Source: Myxococcales bacterium
GTDB taxonomy: Bacteria > Myxococcota > Myxococcia > Myxococcales > 40CM-4-68-19
Direction: 5' to 3'
NCBI GenBank assembly: GCA_035635635.1
Contig: DASQAS010000108.1
Coordinates: 42,843 to 106,842, forward strand
Length of the DNA: 64,000 nt
Below, piece by piece: positions 28,902-37,160 of the stretch. The notes under the pieces are model-generated. The model did not search any database. It saw only the letters and a list, made by a program, of their open reading frames with translations, and had not been told where the DNA came from. The position numbers and the translations under genes were made by a program. The stretch's first letter is position 1; the number at the start of each line of letters is the position of its first letter.

Positions 28902-29219
28902 CTACCCGCACTGGAATCCGCGTTTTGCGAGCGCGACGCCGCACTTGCGCACGCGTTGACGCCTGTCGCGCTGCGTGAAGCCCTTCCTCGTGTGGGAATT
29001 CTTCTGGACAGTCCGGGTGGTCGGCGCCCTCTCGGGAACCGCCGTGCCCACCGTCCGCGGGGGACGGACGCCGCGCTCGCCGGTCATTTCCGCGGGGCGG
29101 GTCTTCGCGTCCACCGGGGAGGGTTCCGCAGAGCGGAGCGCGGCCTGGGCGCGCAAGAGCAGCCCGGCGCCCAGCAGCAGCGCACAGGTGGTCTGTCCGG
29201 AGAGGAACAACCGTCCCAT
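28902..29219 (-). CDS. Small secreted basic protein (hypothetical)
   Basis: ATG at 29219. Signal-like 'MGRLFLSGQTTCALLLGAGLLLRAQA'. Ends 16 nt before the YHS gene start. No family recognised. Confidence 0.3.
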   Translation of the reverse strand: MGRLFLSGQTTCALLLGAGLLLRAQAALRSAEPSPVDAKTRPAEMTGERGVRPPRTVGTAVPERAPTTRTVQKNSHTRKGFTQRDRRQRVRKCGVALAKRGFQCG

Positions 29220-29372
29220 GCGCCACACAATCTGCAACGCCACGGCCAAACGGCAGCAGAGGTGCGACCGCCCGCCTGCCTGGAGGCTCGCTCCACATGT
29301 CGTTTCGTGTTAGGCCCGGCCGCCGCAGGCGGCTCAGCCTGCTTCTGAGTCAAGCCCCGGAAGGAGCGAGGA

Positions 29373-31208
29373 GTGGCCGAGTTCATCCGCGACCTGAAGC
29401 GCACCCATTCTTGTGGGGAGCTGACTGCCAAGGACGTCGGCAAGGAAGTGATCCTCTTCGGCTGGGTGCACAACCGGCGCGACCACGGGGGGGCGGTGTT
29501 CATCGACCTGCGCGACCGCGTTGGCCTGACCCAGGTCGTCTTCGAAGCCGACGCGGGCAAGGAGCTGCACGACCTGGCCCAGGAGCTGCGCTACGAGTAC
29601 TGCATCGGCGTGCGCGGAAAGGTCGTCTCGCGGGGCGAGAACGTCAACCCGCGCCTGGTCACCGGCCAGATCGAGGTGCACGCGGACAAGCTCACCATCT
29701 TCAACCGGAGCGAGACACCGCCGTTCCTGATCGAGGACAAGATCGACACTGCGGAGGAAAAGCGCCTCCATTACCGGTACCTCGACCTCCGGCGGCCTCC
29801 GCTGCAGCAGACCTTGATCAAGCGCAGCCAGATGAACGCGGTCACGCGGCAAACGCTCAATCGGCTCGGCTTCCTCGAGTTGGAGACGCCCTACCTGGTC
29901 AAGTACACCCCAGGTGGGGCGCGGAACTTCCTGGTGCCGGCCCGGCTCAGCCTGGGGAAGTTCTACGCGCTGGCGGAGAGCCCCCAGCTCTTCAAGCAGC
30001 TCTTCATGGTGGCCGGCTTCGAGCGCTATTTCCAGATCGTCAAGTGCTTTCGCGACGAGGACCTGCGCCTGGACCGGCAGCCCGAGTTCACGCAGATCGA
30101 CCTGGAGATGTCGTTCGTCACCCAGGACGACGTGTTCACGGCGGTGGAGGAGCTGATCACGGCGCTCTGGCGCGAGGTGCTGGGCGTTCCGATTCCCCGG
30201 CCGTTCCCGCGCATGAAGTACGAGCAGTCGATGCGCGAGTACGGCAACGACAAGCCCGATTTGCGCTTCGGGATGCCGCATACCGAACTGACGCGCCTGA
30301 TCGCCGAGCACGGCGGCGGCGGCGTTCCCATGTGGCAGTCCTTCGCCACCGTCACTCCCGGCCAGATCGTCAAGGCTTTGCGCGTGCCCGCCAGCGCGAA
30401 CTTCTCCCGCACCGAGGTGGACAAGCTGGAGGAGATCGCCAAGGGCATGGGCGCGCGCGGGCTGGCGCGCGCGAAGGTCGGCGAGAGCGGCGAGTGGACG
30501 CAGAGCCCGCTGGCCAAGTCGATCACGAACGAGGCGCGCGCGGCGATCAACGCGGCCACGGGCGCAAAGCCGGGCGACATCCTGCTCTTCCAGTTCGGCA
30601 AGGAGAGCATGGTCCACACCGTGCTCGCCAATCTGCGGCTCCATCTCGGCAAGCGGCTGGGGCTGATCCCGGAGTACGGCACGCCGGATCCGAAGAACCC
30701 CGACTCCTGGAAGTTCCTCTGGGTGGTGGACCCGCCGCTCTTCGAGTACGACGAGGAGCACAAGCGCTGGGTGGCGGCGCACCACGCCTTCACCCGCCCG
30801 CACGACGAGTCGATCGAGTTCATCGACAAGGACCCGGGCAAGGTCCTCTGCTACCGCTACGACCTGGTGCTCAACGGGTTCGAGATCGCCGGCGGTTCCA
30901 TCCGGCTTCACGATCCCAAGGTGCAGGAGAAGGTGTTCGCGGCGATGGGCATCTCGCCGGAGGAGGCGCAGCAGAAGTTCGGCTTCCTCCTGCAGGCGCT
31001 TCGCTTCGGCGCTCCGCCGCACGGAGGGATCGCGCTGGGGATGGATCGGCTCGCCTTCCTGCTCACCGGGGCCGAGTCGCTGCGCGACGTGATCCCGTTC
31101 CCGAAGACGCAGAAGGGGACGGACCTCATGACCGACGCGCCGGGCGAGGCCGATCCCCAGCAGCTTCGCGAGCTGCACATCGCGGTCACCGACAAGCCGC
31201 AGGCTTGA
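29373..31208 (+). CDS. aspS: Aspartate--tRNA ligase
   Basis: 611 aa with 'GGAVFIDLRDR', 'AESPQLFKQL', 'FRDEDLRLDRQPEFTQID' and 'GGSIRLHD'. Confidence 0.95.
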   Translation: MAEFIRDLKRTHSCGELTAKDVGKEVILFGWVHNRRDHGGAVFIDLRDRVGLTQVVFEADAGKELHDLAQELRYEYCIGVRGKVVSRGENVNPRLVTGQIEVHADKLTIFNRSETPPFLIEDKIDTAEEKRLHYRYLDLRRPPLQQTLIKRSQMNAVTRQTLNRLGFLELETPYLVKYTPGGARNFLVPARLSLGKFYALAESPQLFKQLFMVAGFERYFQIVKCFRDEDLRLDRQPEFTQIDLEMSFVTQDDVFTAVEELITALWREVLGVPIPRPFPRMKYEQSMREYGNDKPDLRFGMPHTELTRLIAEHGGGGVPMWQSFATVTPGQIVKALRVPASANFSRTEVDKLEEIAKGMGARGLARAKVGESGEWTQSPLAKSITNEARAAINAATGAKPGDILLFQFGKESMVHTVLANLRLHLGKRLGLIPEYGTPDPKNPDSWKFLWVVDPPLFEYDEEHKRWVAAHHAFTRPHDESIEFIDKDPGKVLCYRYDLVLNGFEIAGGSIRLHDPKVQEKVFAAMGISPEEAQQKFGFLLQALRFGAPPHGGIALGMDRLAFLLTGAESLRDVIPFPKTQKGTDLMTDAPGEADPQQLRELHIAVTDKPQA

Positions 31209-31250
31209 TCCCATTCGACGCGCTCGCCCCGGGGCGAGCGCAGAATGGGA
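31209..31250 (+). terminator. Long GC hairpin after aspS (terminator-like, no U-tract)
   Basis: The outer stem is TCCCATTC...GAATGGGA. It encloses the perfect 22-nt palindrome GCGCTCGCCCC/GGGGCGAGCGC (31220-31241). Confidence 0.45.
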
Positions 31251-31363
31251 CTGGCCGGTTCGGACGCTGGTACGAGAATGGACCGGCCGGGCCTGGTTCA
31301 ACCGGTCGAGCTGCGCTCTCTCCTCTCAGGCACCGGGCTGATCAGCTCCTCCGCAGGGCCGGG

Positions 31364-31384
31364 CCTGAATCGGTCCGATTCAGG
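31364..31384. promoter_or_regulatory. Perfect 10-1-10 inverted repeat (candidate operator)
   Basis: CCTGAATCGG-T-CCGATTCAGG lies 35 nt upstream of the ATG at 31419 of the FAD-oxidase operon. Confidence 0.4.
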
Positions 31385-31418
31385 TGGCTGCCCGAATTCC
31401 ATTGCGACGCGCAGCGTC

Positions 31419-32999
31419 ATGCGCGAGCATGTGGGCGTGACCGGGCGGCTTCCGAACGCGACCGCTCTTGGCAAGGCATTGCGGCGCGAGATCGCCGCGC
31501 TCGAGATCGCGGCTTCCTGCGATGCTACGGACCTGTGGGCGGCGTCGCGCGACTGCTCTTCCGCCGGATTGCTCTGGACCAAGGCGCGCGTCTCTCCGCA
31601 TCCGCCGGACGTCGTCGCCTGGCCCGAGAGCGCGGAGCAGGTGGCGGCGCTCGTGCGCCTCGCGGGGAAGCAGCGGGTCCCGGTCGTGCCGGTCGGGGGC
31701 GGAACCGGAACGGCCGGCGGCGCCGTGCCGCTGCGGGGCGGCATCGTGCTGGACACCAAGCGGCTGACAAGGCCGCTGCGGATCGACGCCGGGCGCGGCG
31801 CGGTGGACGCCGGCGCGGGCACCAACGGCAAGCGGCTCGACGAGCTGCTCTCGAAGGAGCGGTTGACGCTGGGCCACGGTCCGCCCTCCCTGCGCACGGC
31901 AACCGTGGGCGGCTGGCTGGCGACGCGCAGCGCGGGTCTCTTGTCCAGCCGGTACGGCACGGTGGCGGACATGGTCTTGTCGCTCACCGCGGTGGACGGC
32001 TCCGGCGAGATCCTCCGCACGCTGGAAGGCCCGAGCGCCGGGCCGGATCTGTGCAAGCTGCTCCTCGGCAGCGAGGGTACGTTGGCCATCTTCACCGAGG
32101 TGAGGCTGCGCATCTGGCGCCGCCCCCGCGAGCGTTGGCTGCGCGCGGTCCGCTTCGGATCGCTGCAGGACGCGCTGGCCGCGGTCCGCGAGGTGCTGCG
32201 GTCGGGGCTGAGGCCGCACATCGCCAGCCTGCACGATCCGCTCGACACGCTCTTCGCGGGAACCGATCCGCTGCGCGTTCCGCAGCCGCTGAAGTGGCTG
32301 GCGGAAGGCGCGCAAGCCGAGGCGCTGCGGCTCGCGCTGCGCGCCCCCCTGCTGCTGAACCGCCTGATCGATGCGCTCCCGGGCTCGTCGCTGGTCGTGC
32401 TCGGCTTCGAAGGCGACACCGAGGACGATACGGCGCAGGAAGGCGAAGCGGCGCTGGTCATCTGCGGCAAGGAACGCGGAGAGGACCTGGGCGCGGCCCC
32501 TGCGGAGTGGTGGCTCGCCTCCGCCCACCGCGCCCCGTGGCGGCAGGCGCCGCTCTTCGCTGCGGGCGCCTTCGTGGAGACTCTGGACGTGGCCACCACC
32601 TGGCCGCGCGCCGAGGCGCTGTACCACGCCGTCCGGAGGGCGGCGGAAGGGCAGGCGCTGGTGCGGGCGCATTTCGCGCACGCCGCGCCGGAGGGCTGCG
32701 GCATCGAGTTCACGCTGCTCGGGCTTGCGGGCGGCACGGCCGCCGAGGTCTCGAGCGTCCCGAGGGACGAGGCGGAGTCCGACCTCGAGCGGGCGCAGGA
32801 GGCGCGCGATGCGGTCTGGAACGCCGCGCTAACGGCGGTGGCGGACGAAGGAGCGACGATCTCGCACCACTCGGGCGTCGGCTCCTCGCGGCAGGCCTTC
32901 CTCCACCGCGAGCTGGGCGACGGCATGCGCGCCCTGCGCGCGCTGAAGCAGGCGTTCGATCCCCACGGCATCCTGAATCCCGGGAAGCTGCTTTCGTGA
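31419..32999 (+). CDS. FAD-linked oxidase (GlcD/alkyl-DHAP-synthase superfamily)
   Basis: FAD_binding_4 region 'VVPVGGGTGTAGGAVPLRGGIVLD'. 'VGGWLATRSAGLLSSRYG' resembles the AGPS-type variant. C-terminal 'LKQAFDPHGILNPGKL'. ATG at 31419. Confidence 0.8.
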   Translation: MREHVGVTGRLPNATALGKALRREIAALEIAASCDATDLWAASRDCSSAGLLWTKARVSPHPPDVVAWPESAEQVAALVRLAGKQRVPVVPVGGGTGTAGGAVPLRGGIVLDTKRLTRPLRIDAGRGAVDAGAGTNGKRLDELLSKERLTLGHGPPSLRTATVGGWLATRSAGLLSSRYGTVADMVLSLTAVDGSGEILRTLEGPSAGPDLCKLLLGSEGTLAIFTEVRLRIWRRPRERWLRAVRFGSLQDALAAVREVLRSGLRPHIASLHDPLDTLFAGTDPLRVPQPLKWLAEGAQAEALRLALRAPLLLNRLIDALPGSSLVVLGFEGDTEDDTAQEGEAALVICGKERGEDLGAAPAEWWLASAHRAPWRQAPLFAAGAFVETLDVATTWPRAEALYHAVRRAAEGQALVRAHFAHAAPEGCGIEFTLLGLAGGTAAEVSSVPRDEAESDLERAQEARDAVWNAALTAVADEGATISHHSGVGSSRQAFLHRELGDGMRALRALKQAFDPHGILNPGKLLS

Positions 33000-34096
33000 T
33001 CGCGCGCGAGGACCTGGCGGCGACTGGCGTGGCGGTGGTCGAGGAGGGCGAAGGCCTGCGGCTGACGCCACCCAGCGCGGCGGCGTTGGCCCGCGCGGTG
33101 GCGGTGGTGCGCGCCTACCGGCTTCCCCTGCACGTGCGCGGCAGCGGCGACGCGCCGGCCAACGCTCCCGCGGGCGGGGTGCTCTTCGATCTCGGATCGC
33201 TCGATCGCATCGCTTCGGTCGATCCTGCGGCCGGCATCGGCCGGGTGGAGGCCGGCTGCAGCGTGGCGGCGCTGGAGTCGGCGGTGCGCCGCTCGGGGTG
33301 CACGCTCGGTCCACTCTTGCCTTCGGTGCGCGCCGGCTCCGTCGGAGCGTGGCTCGCCGGCCCGACGCGCGGCGAGCGCGGCATTCCGGGAGCGCGGCGC
33401 CAGACGGCGGCGCTGACCGTGGCCGCCGTGCTGCCGGACGGGCGGATCGCGGAAGGTCGCGCCGCGCCCGCCAAGGCCGTGGGCCCTGACCTCGATCAGC
33501 TCGCGCTCGGCGGTGGCGGCCGCCTCTGCATCGTGGCAACGGCCGGCATCCGGCTGTTTCCGGCGACGCTCGCCATGCCGTCCGCGTGGCGGTTCCCCGA
33601 CGTGTCGGCCGCGGTTGCCGCGCTCGAGCGCCTCTGCGAGCACCGCCTCGCGCCTGCTCGAGCGCGCATCCGAGCGGGCGCGGACGGAGCGACGCTCGGC
33701 ATGGTCTGGGAGGGCATCCAGAGCGCCGCCATCGAGCGGGATCGGGCCGGACGGATCCTCCTCGAGTTTTGCACGCCCGCCCCCGAGGTGCCGCCGAACT
33801 TCGTTCGCGAGCCGCCCGACGGCCATCCGGTGGAGGTGGACGCGCGCTGGGCCAGCCTGCGGGCCTGGTCGCCGCACGGCGACCTGATCTTCTTCGGCCT
33901 GCACGGCGGCGGCGCGTTCGCGGTTCTCTCTCTTCCCGAGGCAGGGGCCGCCGAGCAGTGCGCCGCGCTGGCTCGCGCGGCCGGGGCGCGCGTGATCGCG
34001 CCGCGGCGCCTCCGGGACTCCGGCCCGGGATGGGAAGCGGCGGGCGCAGGGTCGGTCTGGGAGAGGCTGGTGGTGGCGCTGGGAGCCCCGCCGTGA
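32996..34096 (+). CDS. FAD-binding oxidase subunit (GlcE-like)
   Basis: GTG at 32996 overlaps the previous stop (GTGA). 'PLHVRGSGD', 'VEAGCSVAALESAV' and 'GPDLDQLALGGGGRLCIV'. It occupies only the last part of the 1599-aa track ORF. Confidence 0.7.
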   Translation: MIAREDLAATGVAVVEEGEGLRLTPPSAAALARAVAVVRAYRLPLHVRGSGDAPANAPAGGVLFDLGSLDRIASVDPAAGIGRVEAGCSVAALESAVRRSGCTLGPLLPSVRAGSVGAWLAGPTRGERGIPGARRQTAALTVAAVLPDGRIAEGRAAPAKAVGPDLDQLALGGGGRLCIVATAGIRLFPATLAMPSAWRFPDVSAAVAALERLCEHRLAPARARIRAGADGATLGMVWEGIQSAAIERDRAGRILLEFCTPAPEVPPNFVREPPDGHPVEVDARWASLRAWSPHGDLIFFGLHGGGAFAVLSLPEAGAAEQCAALARAAGARVIAPRRLRDSGPGWEAAGAGSVWERLVVALGAPP

Positions 34097-35151
34097 GCGG
34101 CCTGCGCCACGCCCACGAGCTCTGCGAGTTCTGTCCGAAGATGTGCCGCTTCGCATGCCCGGTGAGCGAGATCACCGGGCGCGAGGCGCTCACGCCCTGG
34201 GCCAAGGTCTCGATCGCCGCCCTCTGCGGCCGCGAGCCGGACGCGTCGGCGGCGCTGGCGTTCGCCGGCTGCACCGGCTGCGATCGCTGCGTCCATCACT
34301 GCGCGCACGACAACGACGTGTCCGGGATGCTCTTTGCCGCCCGCGCCACCGCAGTCCGCGCCGGAGTGGCCCCGCGTCCCTGGGCTGACCTGGCCCTGCG
34401 CTTCTCCGCGCAGGGACACGGGGAGGGGCGCGACCTCGCGGCGGTGCGCGCCGGGCTGCCCGAGACCACGGGCGAAGCCGTGCTCTTTCCAGGCTGCGAG
34501 GCGCTGGCGCAGGGCGGGGAGGAAGTGCGGCAGGCGCTCTTCGTCGCGGAGAAGATGGGCGTGCCGTTGCGGCTCGCGCCGCCCGGGGCGCTCTGCTGCG
34601 GGCGCAAGCTGCTCGAAGGCGGCCATCCCGAGTTGCACCGGGCGCACGCCGGGCGGGTGCGCGGTCAGGTGATCCGCGGACGCAGGCCGCTGCACCTGGT
34701 CTTCCTCGATCCGGGCTGCGCCCAGGACGTCCTCGACGGCTGGGAGTTGCCGGCGGGGTCACGCGTGGAGCACATCACCACCTACCTTGCGCGGCTCCTG
34801 GTCGCGATGCCCGAGGGCCAGCGGCCGCCCCGGCTGGAGGAGACGGTCACACTGCACGACCCATGCGCGCTGGCGCGCAAGCTGCGCGAGACGGTGGCTC
34901 CGCGCGCGCTGCTCGCGGCCGCCGTGAGCGATCTCCGCGATCCGCCCCGCTGCGGGGTGGAGACGAGCTGTTGCGGCGCGTCCGGCCTTCTGCCGGCCTC
35001 GCTGCCGGAGGTGGCGAGGCAGATCGCCGACGAGCGCAAGGCCGAGCTGGGAGGCCCCGCCGTCACCTCCAGCCCCGCCTGCGCGGCCGCGCTCGGCGCG
35101 GCTGAGGTAGTCTCCGTTCTCGCGCGCTGGTTCGCGCAGGGGACGCAGTGA
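34093..35151 (+). CDS. (Fe-S)-binding protein with CCG domains (GlcF / HdrD-like)
   Basis: GTG at 34093 overlaps the previous stop (GTGA). Cys clusters 'CEFCPKMCRFACP' and 'CTGCDRCVHHC'. CCG-type 'FPGCEA', 'CCG' and 'HDPCA'. Confidence 0.75.
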   Translation: MSGLRHAHELCEFCPKMCRFACPVSEITGREALTPWAKVSIAALCGREPDASAALAFAGCTGCDRCVHHCAHDNDVSGMLFAARATAVRAGVAPRPWADLALRFSAQGHGEGRDLAAVRAGLPETTGEAVLFPGCEALAQGGEEVRQALFVAEKMGVPLRLAPPGALCCGRKLLEGGHPELHRAHAGRVRGQVIRGRRPLHLVFLDPGCAQDVLDGWELPAGSRVEHITTYLARLLVAMPEGQRPPRLEETVTLHDPCALARKLRETVAPRALLAAAVSDLRDPPRCGVETSCCGASGLLPASLPEVARQIADERKAELGGPAVTSSPACAAALGAAEVVSVLARWFAQGTQ

Positions 35152-36086
35152 AGCCCTTTCTGGTGGTCAATCCGCGGTCGGCCAACGGCGCGACCGCGCG
35201 GCACTTCGACGGAATCGCGCAGGCGGTGCGGGGCGTCGTCGGGGACGTCGACCACGCCTTCACCGAGAGCGCGATGCACGCGACCGACCTCACCCGGGAG
35301 GCGCTCCGCGCAGGATACGACCGGATCATCGCCGTCGGCGGCGACGGTACCGTCAACGAGGTGCTGAACGGGTTCTTCCAGCCGGCCCGGGCCGGGGAGC
35401 CGGCGAGGCCGATCCGGCCGGGAGCCGAGCTCGCGGTGTTGCCCCGGGGGACGGGAGGAGATTTCCGCCGCTCGATCGGCCTGGACGGAGATCTGGGACG
35501 CTGCGCCTCACGTCTGAAGGGCCAGTGCGGCGCGGTGGACGTCGGGCGCGTCGACTACCTCACCGATCAGGGCGAGGTGGCGAGCCGGTATTTCATCAAC
35601 GTCGGCGAGGTCGGCGTGGGCGCGCGGGTGGTGGAGATCGCCAACCGCTCCAGCAAGCGGCTCGGCGGCAAGATGACGTTCGTGCTCGCGTCGCTGCGCG
35701 CATTGGCGGGCTGGCGCGACCTGCGCATCCGGGCCTCGTTCGATGACGAGCCGGCGGAGGAGCTGTCGGTGACGGCGCTCGCGATCGCCAACGGGAAGTA
35801 CTTCGGCGGAGGGATGATGGTGGCGCCCGAGGCGCGCCTCGACGACGGGCTCTTCCACGTCACCATCTGGAGCGGCTACGGGCTCTCCGACTTCGTCCTC
35901 AAGAGTGGGTCGATGTATGACGGCTCCCACGTCAACCTGAAAGGAACGCGGACGCGGACCGCGCGCACGGTCCGCGTCGAGGCGGCGGGGACGGACGCCG
36001 CGGGCATCGAGGTGGACGGAGAGCGCCTGGGGCGCCTGCCGGCGTCATTCACGCTGCTGCCGAAGGCCCTGCTCCTGGTCCGATAG
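35148..36086 (+). CDS. Diacylglycerol-kinase-family lipid kinase (YegS-like)
   Basis: 'IIAVGGDGTVNEVLNG' and 'LPRGTGGDF'. GTG start overlaps the previous stop (GTGA). Confidence 0.85.
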   Translation: MKPFLVVNPRSANGATARHFDGIAQAVRGVVGDVDHAFTESAMHATDLTREALRAGYDRIIAVGGDGTVNEVLNGFFQPARAGEPARPIRPGAELAVLPRGTGGDFRRSIGLDGDLGRCASRLKGQCGAVDVGRVDYLTDQGEVASRYFINVGEVGVGARVVEIANRSSKRLGGKMTFVLASLRALAGWRDLRIRASFDDEPAEELSVTALAIANGKYFGGGMMVAPEARLDDGLFHVTIWSGYGLSDFVLKSGSMYDGSHVNLKGTRTRTARTVRVEAAGTDAAGIEVDGERLGRLPASFTLLPKALLLVR

Positions 36087-36168
36087 CCGCTGCGGCCGAG
36101 GGCCGCTCTGCGGCTACGCAGTTGCGACTACGCCTTTCCGGCTGTCCCGCAGCGCCGCGGGAGTCCGG
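36084..36168 (+). repeat. REP-like composite hairpin element, copy 1
   Basis: TAGCCGC-T-GCGGCC-GAG-GGCCGC-TCT-GCGGCTA (nested 7-bp and 6-bp stems), followed by CGCAGTTGCGACTACGCCTTTC and a second hairpin (TCCCGC-AGCGCC-GCGGGA). The first three nt are the stop codon of the lipid-kinase gene. Confidence 0.8.
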
Positions 36169-36222
36169 GCACTGCTGGGCCCCTTTTTGGCGGGCAGGCG
36201 CGGCCGGCTTTATCCTCGGGGA

Positions 36223-37077
36223 ATGCCTCTCCTCGCGATCCTCGTTCTCGCCGCTGCGTCGAACCAGGACGCCGTGCAGCTCACCGACAAGTCCCAGATC
36301 AAGGAGCTCTGCGAAGCGCTTCGCGCCCAGCCCTCGGAGGCGGATCTCGATCCGGCGCAGGTGGCCGCCGCGCGCAAGGCAGCGCAGACCCGGCGCGAGG
36401 AGTTCGCCTCGCAGTGGTACCGGGTGGAGGTGCCGTCGAAGGGTTTCTCGTTCGGCAGGTACCGCTCGCACGATCAGCAGATCGAGCTGGACGGAGACCG
36501 GCCGCTGCGCGCGCTCGACGACACGCTGGCGATCGATCTGGACGTCACCAACGAAGTGGCGTTCAACGCCCGCCCCGAGCAGGTGACGGCCTGGAGCGGG
36601 GAGAAGAGGTCCAAGACGCTGCGCCTGGTGGTGGTGTTCAAGCCGAGCGGGGAGCGCTGCGCCGGCAACGACGCCGCGGAGTCCTGGCGGATCGCGGGGC
36701 ACGCCCGATCCTGGGAGCTGGTCGGCGCTCGCGGATCGCTCGCCGCCGCGAACGAGGAGGGCGAGCCGGTAGGCGGCGGGCCCCGGCGCATGCAGGTGGA
36801 GAAGGTGTCGCTGGAGTCGGACGGCGCGCCGCAGGAGAACGAAGGGCGCGCGCGCCTGTCCTCCGCGAAGGCAGCCCTGGACCGCTGCGCCTTCGGCGCC
36901 CAGCGCAGCGGCAAGCTGGTCCTGACGTTCTCGGTCCAGGACGGCCACGTGCGCGATCCCCAGGTGGTGTTGGACTCGGTCCGGGACGAAGGCGTCTCCG
37001 CTTGCGTGGCGCGCGCGATCAACGGCGCCGACGTGGGCGGCAGCGGCCACGGAACGGCGTCGATCGCCGTGCAGTAG
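36223..37077 (+). CDS. Secreted protein with AgmX/PglI-like C-terminal domain
   Basis: ATG at 36223. Signal-like 'MPLLAILVLAAAS'. The C-terminal 'LDRCAFGAQRSGKLVLTFSVQDGHVRDPQVVLDSVRDEGVSACVARAI' resembles the myxobacterial AgmX/PglI C-terminal fold. Confidence 0.55.
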   Translation: MPLLAILVLAAASNQDAVQLTDKSQIKELCEALRAQPSEADLDPAQVAAARKAAQTRREEFASQWYRVEVPSKGFSFGRYRSHDQQIELDGDRPLRALDDTLAIDLDVTNEVAFNARPEQVTAWSGEKRSKTLRLVVVFKPSGERCAGNDAAESWRIAGHARSWELVGARGSLAAANEEGEPVGGGPRRMQVEKVSLESDGAPQENEGRARLSSAKAALDRCAFGAQRSGKLVLTFSVQDGHVRDPQVVLDSVRDEGVSACVARAINGADVGGSGHGTASIAVQ

Positions 37078-37160
37078 CCGCGCCGACCGAAGGCCCGATA
37101 GCCGCTGCCGCGCCGGAAGGCGCGGCTTTGCGGCTACCTCTGGGAACAACCATTGCGAGT
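37075..37160 (+). repeat. REP-like composite hairpin element, copy 2 (duplicated head)
   Basis: TAGCCGC occurs at the stop codon (37075) and again at 37099. The second is followed by T-GCCGCGCC-GGAA-GGCGCGGC-TTT-GCGGCTA, then ...CATTGCGAG. The inner stem is a variant, and the outer stem and CTAC end are conserved. Confidence 0.7.

Noticed and set aside
29297-34096. 1599-aa + strand ORF spanning aspS and the FAD-oxidase genes.
   Set aside because: Only the last 367 codons (from GTG at 32996) look like a real protein (GlcE-like). The rest is a shadow frame over aspS and the first oxidase gene.
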